Of a stretch of DNA of 64,000 nucleotides, positions 8,155 to 17,496 are shown piece after piece. Source of the stretch: an uncultured delta proteobacterium. Lineage in GTDB: Bacteria > Bdellovibrionota > FAC87 > UBA2466. The notes under the pieces are model-generated. The model was given only the letters and a program-made list of their open reading frames with translations. It was not told where the DNA came from and made no database searches. The stretch lies in NCBI GenBank assembly GCA_963778115.1, contig CAVZSV010000001.1, positions 132,099 through 196,098 on the forward strand. The letters are read 5' to 3'. Numbering within the stretch: the first letter of the stretch is position 1; every line of letters starts with the position of its first letter. Both the position numbers and the translations under genes were made by a program.

Positions 8155-9515
8155 ATAAGTGCCTCACATTTTACGAATATGACGGTTTCGAACGGGAATC
8201 TGGTGAAATTACTGACCGCTTGGACCTCTCAGGACTCAGTAGCTCCGAATGTCAGTCTCTAGAGTGGCTGTCTCGAAACTACTCGATTTCCGGGAATTTG
8301 TTCGACATTTCACAGAGTACGATTCGAGCCCGTCAATTTATCGGAACCGTTTCCCTAGGAAATAAGAGTATTCAGATTCTCCCCAAGTTGTTGCGCGCTA
8401 AAGGCTTACCTGAGAAGGAGCGGATTCTAAAGAACCTCTTGGTGATGCTGGAATATGCCCATGAGATCGAGGAAGTAGACATGGGAACTTTTCGATTAGC
8501 CGAGAGCGCCGGAAATTTTATTGAAGTCTACATTCACACGTTCGCAAAACGCCTGGTCCAGCTTCTCCGAAGACATCCTCCCAAAAACTACGTGAACGTT
8601 ATCGAAAATACATGCTTCTTAAAAGGGAGAATCCTGTTCCCTGAAAACGTACGTAAGAATCTAGTACATCAAGAGCGGGTTATATGTGAGTTTGATGAGT
8701 TCACAGAGGACAACCTGATTAATCAGGCGTTCCGATCTGTTGTTTCCAATCTCATAAATGTTTCGAGCGTACCGGAAAATAGAAAGTTGCTCCAACGCGC
8801 AAGTCAATTACTAGAGGGAGTTCAGCAGAAGGTGATCACCTACTCCGACGTGAGAAATCTGCAAATTCCGAAGAAAGACAAGGCATTGTCCTCTGTGTTC
8901 TCCTTAGCGAAGATGTTCATCCGCTATACCCAACCAGAGCTTTACCGAGGTCAACAGAGTTCGATTGCTATTCTTATCGACATGAATGAACTATTTGAGG
9001 ACTTTATCTTTCAGCTCATATCTAAGAATCGTGACGCGATCGGGATCAAAGATGTTTTCTTTCAAAAGGGCCAGAGACTCGTGTCAGGTTTAAGAAATAT
9101 TGGGGAAACAGCATTCACCGAAAAGAATATGTTCAACACATACCAGGACATTGTCGTGGAATTTGAAAATGGAAAGCGCCTAACAATCGATACAAAGTAC
9201 AAGCTTATCGGTGACGGAGGAAAAGCCCATTTTGGAATTTCGAACGCGGATGTGTATCAAATTTTAACTTATCGGGAGTTGAACGGAGGCAGCGACGTCA
9301 TGCTCCTTTATCCGAGGAACGAGGAAGATATTAGAAAGGAGTTCAGGGTTACGACTGAACGCGATGTTCGATTTTCGGTTCTTACGGTCAATCTTGGGAA
9401 CGATATGCGCTCACAGCTGGGAACCCTCGTACAAGAGCTGCGAGATGCCTTCGTCGGACTTGGACTCCACACGGTAGACAATGTTCCCGATTCGCTTTCT
9501 CAGCCGATTCTCTAA
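8151..9515 (+). CDS. mcrC: McrC-family restriction nuclease subunit #1
   Basis: ATGA overlap with mcrB; IQILPK, LKGRI, DNLINQ, DMNELFEDF, IDTKYK, ADVYQ, LLYP. Confidence 0.93.
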   Translation: MNKCLTFYEYDGFERESGEITDRLDLSGLSSSECQSLEWLSRNYSISGNLFDISQSTIRARQFIGTVSLGNKSIQILPKLLRAKGLPEKERILKNLLVMLEYAHEIEEVDMGTFRLAESAGNFIEVYIHTFAKRLVQLLRRHPPKNYVNVIENTCFLKGRILFPENVRKNLVHQERVICEFDEFTEDNLINQAFRSVVSNLINVSSVPENRKLLQRASQLLEGVQQKVITYSDVRNLQIPKKDKALSSVFSLAKMFIRYTQPELYRGQQSSIAILIDMNELFEDFIFQLISKNRDAIGIKDVFFQKGQRLVSGLRNIGETAFTEKNMFNTYQDIVVEFENGKRLTIDTKYKLIGDGGKAHFGISNADVYQILTYRELNGGSDVMLLYPRNEEDIRKEFRVTTERDVRFSVLTVNLGNDMRSQLGTLVQELRDAFVGLGLHTVDNVPDSLSQPIL

Positions 9516-9672
9516 CTCGCCCCCGCGGTTCGATTCTCTACGCACTAAATAATTGATATTATGTAGTAATATCAGAATGCCCTCCCGCAAGAAAAGAAAA
9601 CCTAGTACTCCCATCTGTACGACCCCCTAAGATTCCTGTATTTCACAAGGCCCACGAGTTAAGGGTGTTGTT

Positions 9673-11016
9673 ATGGACGAATTACAATCGCATGGCTCTA
9701 TTTCGCCGGTAGAAAAGGGAAGGTCACCCCACGAGCCGTCGGCATTCGTCCCAGGCGTTCGCCAGACAAGCAATCTTCCAACTCTTTCGGAACAAATGAA
9801 AAAATCCGCAAGGAAGATCAAGAGTAGTTATCCTGATCAATTCGACTATTCCGTTTACGATCGCCTGTATGAAAAATTCGGAAACAACCAGCCGAGAGGC
9901 GGGGTTGTGTTCGGGAGTCCTATACGGCTTACAGAATCACAAGACTGTAAGCACTGTTTTTATCGTTTTGAGATTGATACTTATGGGAGGGGTTGTACTT
10001 TTAATTGTGCTTACTGCTATGCGAAGAGCTATCTTTCCATTCGCAAATGGTGGAACGAACCGTTTCCATTCCCTGCAGATATTTCGGAAATCCGAAAAAT
10101 TTTTGCCTCTGTATTCGAGGGTGACCGTAAACATAGATTCCGACATGTGCTGGAAAAGAGAATTCCCCTTCGGATTGGATCGATGTCTGACAGCTTCATG
10201 TGGATGGACAAAAAGTATCATGTCACGCGCGAACTACTAAAAATTCTGAAGTTCTATCGATATCCATACATAATATTTACCCGGTCAGATTTGGTAGCGG
10301 ACGATGAGTATGTTGAAGTTCTGGACAGAGGTCTCTGTAGCGTACAAATGTCTATCTCAAGCCTCAACGAAGCTATGACAAAATCTATAGAGCCGGGTGC
10401 GCCTCCACCGCATCGTCGACTCGCAGCTCTTCATAAGCTGCAGTCTCTTGGATTTTGGACAACGGTGAGAATTAACCCTCTATTTCCCATTTACCCAGAT
10501 GGCTATTTCACCGATCCTAATTTCGATAGAAAAGAAGCCGTAGAACCATTTCCATATTTTTCGTGGGACATGATCGAAACGATTGCACACTATAAGATCC
10601 CATCTCTATTGGTAGGAGTTGCAAGATTGTATCAACCGAATCTTCGTTTTTTAAAGAAAGCGATAGGGAAAGACTTTAAGAAGTACTTTGGAGAGTCTAA
10701 GTCGCTGGAGCGGGCTTCTTTACATTACTCACCTAATGAGACGGCCTATTATTATTCCCGGATAAAAGACCTCTGTGTCCAAAATGGTGTACGTTTTTCA
10801 ACGTGCTATATTGGCAATGATCCCAGTGGAGACAGTTTTTTTAAATATCAGGATCTGTGGGACAATAAAAAGGACTGTTGCGATGCTCAAGGCAACGTAG
10901 CGATGTTTAAAACGACGTGCTCATCCCTGGCCCCCAGTGAGCCTTCAATCCCTGAAATTAAGAGAATTTCCCTCAATGATCATTCTCGGCTCGAGAGGCG
11001 CCCAGATGCGAACTGA
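9673..11016 (+). CDS. Radical SAM enzyme (spore photoproduct lyase-like clade) with extra cysteines
   Basis: GCTFNCAYCYA CxxxCxxC motif, GSMSD, IEPGAP..RRL, VRINP; additional CKHC and C-terminal C/CC/C. Confidence 0.88.
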   Translation: MDELQSHGSISPVEKGRSPHEPSAFVPGVRQTSNLPTLSEQMKKSARKIKSSYPDQFDYSVYDRLYEKFGNNQPRGGVVFGSPIRLTESQDCKHCFYRFEIDTYGRGCTFNCAYCYAKSYLSIRKWWNEPFPFPADISEIRKIFASVFEGDRKHRFRHVLEKRIPLRIGSMSDSFMWMDKKYHVTRELLKILKFYRYPYIIFTRSDLVADDEYVEVLDRGLCSVQMSISSLNEAMTKSIEPGAPPPHRRLAALHKLQSLGFWTTVRINPLFPIYPDGYFTDPNFDRKEAVEPFPYFSWDMIETIAHYKIPSLLVGVARLYQPNLRFLKKAIGKDFKKYFGESKSLERASLHYSPNETAYYYSRIKDLCVQNGVRFSTCYIGNDPSGDSFFKYQDLWDNKKDCCDAQGNVAMFKTTCSSLAPSEPSIPEIKRISLNDHSRLERRPDAN

Positions 11017-11428
11017 ACGTACCACCCCCGCCATGCTCCCTGGTTTAAACGTTCAAGCCCCATGGGCGGAGTCTATAGTGCGCGGAAAAAAAACTATCGA
11101 AACTCGTTTCTATCCACTGCCTCAAAAATACGTCGGAGAAGAAATGTTTCTGATCGAGACCCCTGGGGAACGATTAGATTTTAAAGCCCGCATCATAGCG
11201 ATCGTTATTTTCAACGAAAGCTTTCGCTATAGAGACTCCTCCCACTTTTACCGAGACTCGAAACGGCATTTAGTGACCCGCCAGTCGGAACTGGTAAATT
11301 GGGAAGCGGGTCATGGAAAACCCAAGTGGGGCTGGCCAATAATTTCGGTTAGAAGATATTCCCAAGATCTCCCGCCGACGCTTCGACGCGGAATCGTATA
11401 CTCGACCTCAATTCCCCTTTCGCCTTAG
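11006..11428 (+). CDS. ASCH/PUA-domain protein
   Basis: GLNVQAPWAESIVRGKKTIETR signature; ATG 11006 with GAGG RBS overlaps the radical SAM stop. Confidence 0.88.
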   Translation: MRTERTTPAMLPGLNVQAPWAESIVRGKKTIETRFYPLPQKYVGEEMFLIETPGERLDFKARIIAIVIFNESFRYRDSSHFYRDSKRHLVTRQSELVNWEAGHGKPKWGWPIISVRRYSQDLPPTLRRGIVYSTSIPLSP

Positions 11429-11610
11429 GAAGGGTTCCCCTTGCGCGCCGTTTCATTTGAACGCGATGAATCATCGGCGTATCGGTATCAGATATGGTGC
11501 TCTCCAAGCCCTGAAAATCACTTAACTCGACCGCTGAAAGCTCGATAGCCCCTCAATTTTCCTACAGTTTTTCTCTTCAAGTACCGACCTGTTCTAACAG
11601 AGGACCCCAT

Positions 11611-13563
11611 ATGTCCAAAACTTTGATGTTGATCGAAACGCACGAGGCCAACGCTATTCCGAGCTCAAGTCTCTACGTCTATTTACTTGAGGCTAAGAAC
11701 CCCGACCAAAAGATTTTCGTCGTTCATTTTCGAAATGTAAGCTTCGTTGCCGTTCCAGAGCATCACCTGATCCTTTGGGACTCCAGGCCTCGCGTCGAGG
11801 CCACGGCGGGCGAGATAGAAGCGTCGTGGGACGAGCTTCGATTCAATCAGGATAAACTCTTGAAGGTCTGCCTTCCCGCCATTCCCTCTCACTACCCGGG
11901 AAAACCTACCAGAGGAACCCTGGGCTGTAGCATCACCCACTTGCAGGCCCTTCAAAGTAGGCGGAATCTCGTTTCGGAAAAGGAGTTCCTTCCATCAACC
12001 AATGTAAAGACGCTCGGGCAATATGACACGCCGTTCTGGTTAGCTTTGAATTCAGCGAAGACTTTGTTACAGAGCGTACGTGTTACTGAAGATAGTACTT
12101 TCACTGACCCAATGGCAGGCGAAGGATCCTTTCTCGAGGCTGCTCTTCACCTTTGGCTGCTGGCCTTCATCAGCAGACTCTCGCTCGGTCGAACCAATTC
12201 GGTTGAATTAAGCCAAAAACTCGCAGCAGCCCTAAGAACACACAAAAGGCGAAATCTCTATGGAATTGAGGTAGACGTCTGCCGAATAAGGGCGCTGAAT
12301 TCGAATTTTTCTGAAATCCTGAAGCAACACTTTCTCTCATCATACGATGTTGCGATAAATTCCAATTTTTTCAGTCCTGAAATTGGAACTAAACGCATCG
12401 ATTATGAATCGACAATCTTTCTCGGTAATCCTGGCTGGGATGTTATTGAAGCAGTTAACTCAGTTCGATCGCGAGCAGGGACCAAGGTAACCCAAACCTT
12501 AAGCGTTGAAGAGACTCTGTTGCAGCAAAGAGAATTGATAGTCAGATCTTTTAACAGCACTTTCAATAGCACCCTCTCAGCTCGGGACTGTCGCAATATT
12601 TATTCGCTAACCTTAGCCCAGTGCTTAGTTCTATCTAAGTTCAAAGCTCCTGTTTGCTTAATTCTTCCGAAGGGCGTTCTCGGCGACCAGGGCACTGCGG
12701 AGCTTCGGCGCGTAATCCGCCTAAATGGGCCCTCCGTCCTAGTGGACGAGATAAAGAATAAGGCATGCGGGGCTAGAATATTTCCGGCAGTAGATGCAAG
12801 GGTACAGTTTTGTACTTTAGGAGTAGTACCCTCTCCTCGAAAATCCAACTCCATCTCGGTTCGTTCACATGACATTCACTATAATCCAGATCGACCCTAT
12901 GTCTCGCTACCCTGGAAATGGACCACTGCACATTTAGGAGCGCATGAACAGTGGATCGCATTGCGAGACAATACCGAAAAGACTCTGTTGAAGAAAATGG
13001 TTCGGTTTCCAAAACTTGAATCGCACTCCACTCTCCGTTTTTATGCCGGGTCCCCAAAGAAAGACGGCCAAAGAAGTATCGAAGGGAAAGACTTCGAACA
13101 ATTTCGGCTACGCACTCGACACAGTACAGACTCCACTGCCGACTGCGTGTTCATTCGAAAAATCCTATCGAATGGCTCACGCAAACTGATTGCAGCGACC
13201 GCTTTAACATCCATGAAGATCTCAGATAGCGTTATTTGCATCGAAGCTAGTTCCGATTTGAATGAACCTTACTATTTAAGCGGGGTACTCAATAGCCTGG
13301 TGGGTGAATACCGATTGCGGTTATTCCAATCGAACATAAATTTGAATCTCTGGAAACTGAAAGAGTTCCATATTCCGGAGTACGACAAAACCGACCCTTT
13401 GCATCGGGAGATTGCGTCACTGGCTAAGAGATTAGAAAGACGTCCATCCGTACCTTTTTTGGCGAAACTCGAAAGCCTTGTCCGCTCTCTTTTTTCAATT
13501 ACCGCATCTGAGGCCGAAGCAATTAGGGCTCGTATTACTAGTGTTGATGAGGCGGTAGCATGA
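11611..13563 (+). CDS. Amino (N6-A/N4-C) DNA methyltransferase-like protein, TaqI/Eco57I type, with atypical motif IV (NPGW)
   Basis: GQYDTP (motif X), DPMAGEGSFL (motif I), YGIEVD (motif II), LGNPGW (motif IV), C-terminal YLSGVLNS...LKEFHIP TRD-like tail. Confidence 0.8.
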   Translation: MSKTLMLIETHEANAIPSSSLYVYLLEAKNPDQKIFVVHFRNVSFVAVPEHHLILWDSRPRVEATAGEIEASWDELRFNQDKLLKVCLPAIPSHYPGKPTRGTLGCSITHLQALQSRRNLVSEKEFLPSTNVKTLGQYDTPFWLALNSAKTLLQSVRVTEDSTFTDPMAGEGSFLEAALHLWLLAFISRLSLGRTNSVELSQKLAAALRTHKRRNLYGIEVDVCRIRALNSNFSEILKQHFLSSYDVAINSNFFSPEIGTKRIDYESTIFLGNPGWDVIEAVNSVRSRAGTKVTQTLSVEETLLQQRELIVRSFNSTFNSTLSARDCRNIYSLTLAQCLVLSKFKAPVCLILPKGVLGDQGTAELRRVIRLNGPSVLVDEIKNKACGARIFPAVDARVQFCTLGVVPSPRKSNSISVRSHDIHYNPDRPYVSLPWKWTTAHLGAHEQWIALRDNTEKTLLKKMVRFPKLESHSTLRFYAGSPKKDGQRSIEGKDFEQFRLRTRHSTDSTADCVFIRKILSNGSRKLIAATALTSMKISDSVICIEASSDLNEPYYLSGVLNSLVGEYRLRLFQSNINLNLWKLKEFHIPEYDKTDPLHREIASLAKRLERRPSVPFLAKLESLVRSLFSITASEAEAIRARITSVDEAVA

Positions 13564-15323
13564 AAGACTTTCGTAACTCCTATGCAGGTGTGATTCTTCA
13601 AATCCTTATGGATAAAGGCCCCCTAAATATCGATAACATCTGCGATGAATTTCTATCCCGGAAATATAGCGTAAAGAAGGATGATCTTAAGAAGAATAAA
13701 AGCAGCAGGGAGGGGGAAGAGTGGTTTCGGCAGCGCCTCAGAAATCACCTTCGAAGTGCTAGGCCGTTACTAATCAAGAAGTTCGTTCTTCGGGACAGCA
13801 GCGGAATTTACAAAATCACTAGCCGCGGCGAAAAGTACTTCGAGACCACCTTCGGAACAAAAAAGAAAGCTGAGCCAGAAAAAGTACCAACGGCTGAAAT
13901 GTCGATTGAAAACATCGACAATGAGCTCAGGGGTCTTCTTCCATTGTGGTACCGCGAAAATATTAGACAGATTATCTTAGCCGGGCCTCCTGGGACTGGA
14001 AAAACCCGCCTCGCAAAATTGATTGCCGATACTGGAATTCTCACCGCCGGAGAACTGCCCATTTACTACAGTGAGCAACAAGACCGTTACTGCACTCTGC
14101 TACAATTCCATCCCTCCTATTCTTATGAGGACTTCATTGAGGGGTTGAGGCCAACCCAGAACAATCAGAGCAATCTGTTGTTTACAATTCAGAGAGGGCC
14201 ATTCTGGAATTCTTGCGCATCTGCTTTGAATACCGCGGTGCTCGGTGTACGTACTGAGAGGTCGATACAATTCGAGTCTCACCAGGTATCACATCTTCTG
14301 AGGCTCGATCCGGACACGGTCGAACTCGTATTGCTGCAGGCTGGAAAGATTTTGTCTCGTATTCCCGCACCCATCATAACAGTAGAGGGCAGCAATGCAC
14401 ATGTCGCCCTACCAAACAATCTACCAAGCGGAGACCTGCAATGTGCACTTCGAATTAGTGATGCTATTCTGCCGCTCTCTGAAAAGGGAGACCAAGTACC
14501 GACGGGTGGAGGAGAGGAAGAGTTGGAACATTTTCAAACCTCAGATTCAGCCGAAAAAGATGTTTGGCTCCTCGATTCGGCATTGCGAGTAGTGGGGACC
14601 GGCCGATTCAATGCCGAATCACGAAAGGTAACAGACTCTCAGGTATTCCCCGTTGTCGGCTCTGACGCAGACTTTAAATTCATTCAGCCGAAAGATGTCC
14701 ACTTCATAATCATAGATGAAATCAATCGGGCCAATGTAACTGAGGTGTTCGGGGAGTTACTGATCCAACTAGAATATAGACTTGGCTCAGCTATGAACGT
14801 TTCGGCGCGGTTGCCCTATTCCAAAGACGCGCTATTGATACCCGACAATCTTTTCGTAATCGGAACAATGAATAATTCAGATCGCGCTCTCATTCGGATG
14901 GATCGCGCACTTCTAAGGCGATTTCACGTCATTGAGCTGGTTCCGAGCCCGAACGTCTTGAAGGGCACCGTCATTGATGGCATCGATTTAGAGAAACTTT
15001 TGAGGACAGTTAACTTCAGACTCCTTAAGGTTTTTGGGTCCGACCTAAGCTGCCAGGTGGGACACGCTTACCTCACCAAAGTAATGGAAAATAAGTCTGC
15101 TGAGACGCTAAAACGCATCTGGTACTTTGAAATTTTTCCGCTTGTATTGGATTTTTGCGAGCAGGACATGGAACAACTTGCCGCGACCAAGCTATTTCCG
15201 ACTTTTCAAAAGGGGATTGCTAACACTCAAATTTTTGTCGAGTTACCAACCGACAAATTTTTATCCTTTCTGAAGACAATAATAGAGGAAGACGTAGAAG
15301 AGCTTTCCTCTAGGGCGGCTTAG
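13560..15323 (+). CDS. mcrB: McrB-family GTPase #2 with N-terminal Mrr-like winged helix and a large internal insertion
   Basis: GPPGTGKT, QFHPSYSYEDFIEG, IIDEINRAN, GTMNNSDR, ALLRRF; N-terminal ...GIYKITSRGEKY; ATGA overlap with the MTase. Confidence 0.92.
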   Translation: MKDFRNSYAGVILQILMDKGPLNIDNICDEFLSRKYSVKKDDLKKNKSSREGEEWFRQRLRNHLRSARPLLIKKFVLRDSSGIYKITSRGEKYFETTFGTKKKAEPEKVPTAEMSIENIDNELRGLLPLWYRENIRQIILAGPPGTGKTRLAKLIADTGILTAGELPIYYSEQQDRYCTLLQFHPSYSYEDFIEGLRPTQNNQSNLLFTIQRGPFWNSCASALNTAVLGVRTERSIQFESHQVSHLLRLDPDTVELVLLQAGKILSRIPAPIITVEGSNAHVALPNNLPSGDLQCALRISDAILPLSEKGDQVPTGGGEEELEHFQTSDSAEKDVWLLDSALRVVGTGRFNAESRKVTDSQVFPVVGSDADFKFIQPKDVHFIIIDEINRANVTEVFGELLIQLEYRLGSAMNVSARLPYSKDALLIPDNLFVIGTMNNSDRALIRMDRALLRRFHVIELVPSPNVLKGTVIDGIDLEKLLRTVNFRLLKVFGSDLSCQVGHAYLTKVMENKSAETLKRIWYFEIFPLVLDFCEQDMEQLAATKLFPTFQKGIANTQIFVELPTDKFLSFLKTIIEEDVEELSSRAA

Positions 15324-15328
15324 CAACT

Positions 15329-16639
15329 ATGCCTGGGCAACCCATATTTCTCGTTCTGACTTCAGCAAATCCCTTGGAGCTCCATTCCAACGATATCCCT
15401 CCTGTTCTGCTTAAGCGATACAAGGACGAAGAGTGGATCAGAACCTCGGAGAAAGATGGGCAGACGACTATCAAGTCGAATGGCTTTGTCGGCTGTCTAC
15501 CAATGGGAGAGAATAAGAGACTCATTATTCCCCCCGCAGGATTAAGTTTGCCAGACAGTACGTCTATTTACCGTTTAATCAGTTTCATGATCGATACGTT
15601 CTCCTATTATGAGGATATAAGTACCAGCTTTGGATCGAACCGATCGTCGATGTATCCCTTAAGTGAAATCCTCCCTCGCGAAAAGCTAATAAGCCTCTTC
15701 AGAGAAGAGCTTGAACGTTTAACCGAATTTCCGCTTCCCAATTTCGTTAGAAAAGAAGCCGTGGCCTGGAAAATGAAAGGTAGGGTAAGGGCGACAACGC
15801 TTTGTAAGGCTCTGTTCATAAAACCGAGGGCTGGGATCAATTGTTCCTATCCATCTAGAAGCATAAATAGCCCAGAGAATCAGCTTATCAAGCTTACGAT
15901 TAGTGAATTGTTAAAGGGGAGACTCCGGGCACTCGATGCCAAAGATAAGACCTTCTTCTCAAAAGCATTCGCTCGCCTTACGGACGTTAGTTATTCTCCG
16001 CTAGGGACATTTCAGTATTCTTACTTCAAAAATGTCAATTCTAGATACAAACAGATACTCGCCCTATGTAATTTGATTCTCTGGAAATTTTCTTTTTCTG
16101 CAGCAAGGGATGTTGTGACTCTCGGTGTTCCAATAGTGAAGCCAGACTACAATGTGTTTGAAAACCTTGTGCGTGCCGCATTTAAGAGGACCTTTGAAAA
16201 CGCATTAACGATTCCGTATGTGGTTTCCTCAAAGAGTGAAATTACCTTTAATCCTGATCTCATTCTTCCGGATGGGTCAAATGCCACTCATCTTGTTCTC
16301 GACATGAAATTTAAGAAACTGCCTCGAGAGCAGCACGGTGTAGACAACAAGGCAGACGTCTACCAAATAATCAGCCATTCACTCGCAGTGAAGGAAGCAA
16401 CGTCACTTGGTCTTGTCTATCCAAAACTAGACGTCGTTCCGGAAAGGATCAACATCCTAGTGTTAGATAAACTTACGCCCAAGAAGGCAGTTACCGCGAT
16501 TTGGCTGAATCAAAATGAGTTATTTGAATTCGTGACGTCTAAAGCACCCAGTCCGGGCGTTGGAAAAATGCTGGAAACTGTTGTGAAGGAGCTTCAACGG
16601 GTTCAGGACCAACTCCTAATTCAAAAGGCGGCCGCTTGA
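15329..16639 (+). CDS. mcrC: McrC-family nuclease subunit #2 (divergent)
   Basis: FVGC, MKGRV, ENQLIK, VFENLV, NPDL...LDMKFK, ADVYQ, LVYP; directly after mcrB #2. Confidence 0.88.
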   Translation: MPGQPIFLVLTSANPLELHSNDIPPVLLKRYKDEEWIRTSEKDGQTTIKSNGFVGCLPMGENKRLIIPPAGLSLPDSTSIYRLISFMIDTFSYYEDISTSFGSNRSSMYPLSEILPREKLISLFREELERLTEFPLPNFVRKEAVAWKMKGRVRATTLCKALFIKPRAGINCSYPSRSINSPENQLIKLTISELLKGRLRALDAKDKTFFSKAFARLTDVSYSPLGTFQYSYFKNVNSRYKQILALCNLILWKFSFSAARDVVTLGVPIVKPDYNVFENLVRAAFKRTFENALTIPYVVSSKSEITFNPDLILPDGSNATHLVLDMKFKKLPREQHGVDNKADVYQIISHSLAVKEATSLGLVYPKLDVVPERINILVLDKLTPKKAVTAIWLNQNELFEFVTSKAPSPGVGKMLETVVKELQRVQDQLLIQKAAA

Positions 16640-16645
16640 AGGTCA

Positions 16646-17449
16646 CTAAGCCTTCTTGCGAAGATTGAAAAAGGTTCTCCTTGAGAGCCCCGTCTCATCT
16701 ATGAACCTTCTTACCTGCTCGTATACAGGTAAGCCGCTCCGCGCAAGAACCTGAAGGACCGCATCCGGCGACTTCTGCCCACAAAATAGCCTCTCGATTA
16801 GTAACTCCCATCTCTCGGGAAACTGCTCGGCGAGTTCATAACCTAAACGAAGAGTTCTAAGATTTACCTTCGCCATGTGGCGGAGCCTGGAATTCAAAAA
16901 CTCGCCTACTTTGTTCGCTATTTCGCTGTTCGGATAAACCTCCCTGTTTTTGGCCGCCTCTAACAGAAGATCAGACCGCTCCGCCTCATTTCCGAGTATA
17001 GGCAAATACAGTGCACGAGACAAAAAGCTCTTTGTCTCGATGCCCTGCCCCATCGAATTCACCAAAAGAATGAGCTTCCCAGTGAAGTCGATTGGGATCA
17101 CCCCCTCATCCTTCTCCCCCGAACCCCACATCAATAGGCGCTTTTCGTCCGGCCCACTTACTGGCCACGTAGCGGACTTGAGAACTGACAAGGCTATCGG
17201 GTCCGACAGAATCCCACTGCAATCATCAACCACGACGAGCGCATTGGGGGCCTGGCGCAACGACGTATAGAGATGGTAGGCCGTCGTGTAAGTGCTGATG
17301 CACTCGTAGTGTAAATTCTTCTCCCTCAGAGTTTGGGTTATGGCAGACGACTTGCCCCACCCAGGCGGGCTCTCAATGACGAGCGCGTGAAAGGTTTTAC
17401 TGGCTAAAAGGACGTCAACGAAGACACGGATATCTTCTAGGTGTTTCAC
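16646..17449 (-). CDS. P-loop NTPase with C-terminal HTH, function unknown
   Basis: PPGWGKS Walker A, VVVDD Walker B, C-terminal GLSRRTFFNL; likely GTG start at 17449. Confidence 0.75.
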   Translation of the reverse strand: MKHLEDIRVFVDVLLASKTFHALVIESPPGWGKSSAITQTLREKNLHYECISTYTTAYHLYTSLRQAPNALVVVDDCSGILSDPIALSVLKSATWPVSGPDEKRLLMWGSGEKDEGVIPIDFTGKLILLVNSMGQGIETKSFLSRALYLPILGNEAERSDLLLEAAKNREVYPNSEIANKVGEFLNSRLRHMAKVNLRTLRLGYELAEQFPERWELLIERLFCGQKSPDAVLQVLARSGLPVYEQVRRFIDETGLSRRTFFNLRKKA

Positions 17450-17496
17450 GGTTCCCCCTTTGGCCAAGCGCGCGGTAGTGCAATTGCACTTCGTGC

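Noticed and set aside
9673..11016. Radical SAM protein as a prokaryotic viperin or QueE
   Set aside because: The motif context (GCxxxCxYCYA, SD, EPGAP, RINP) fits the SPL-like clade; no viperin-type or Que/Dpd neighbours were seen.
14230..14695. McrB #2 insertion as an intein
   Set aside because: There is no C-terminal His-Asn followed by Cys/Ser/Thr and no recognisable Hint or LAGLIDADG blocks.
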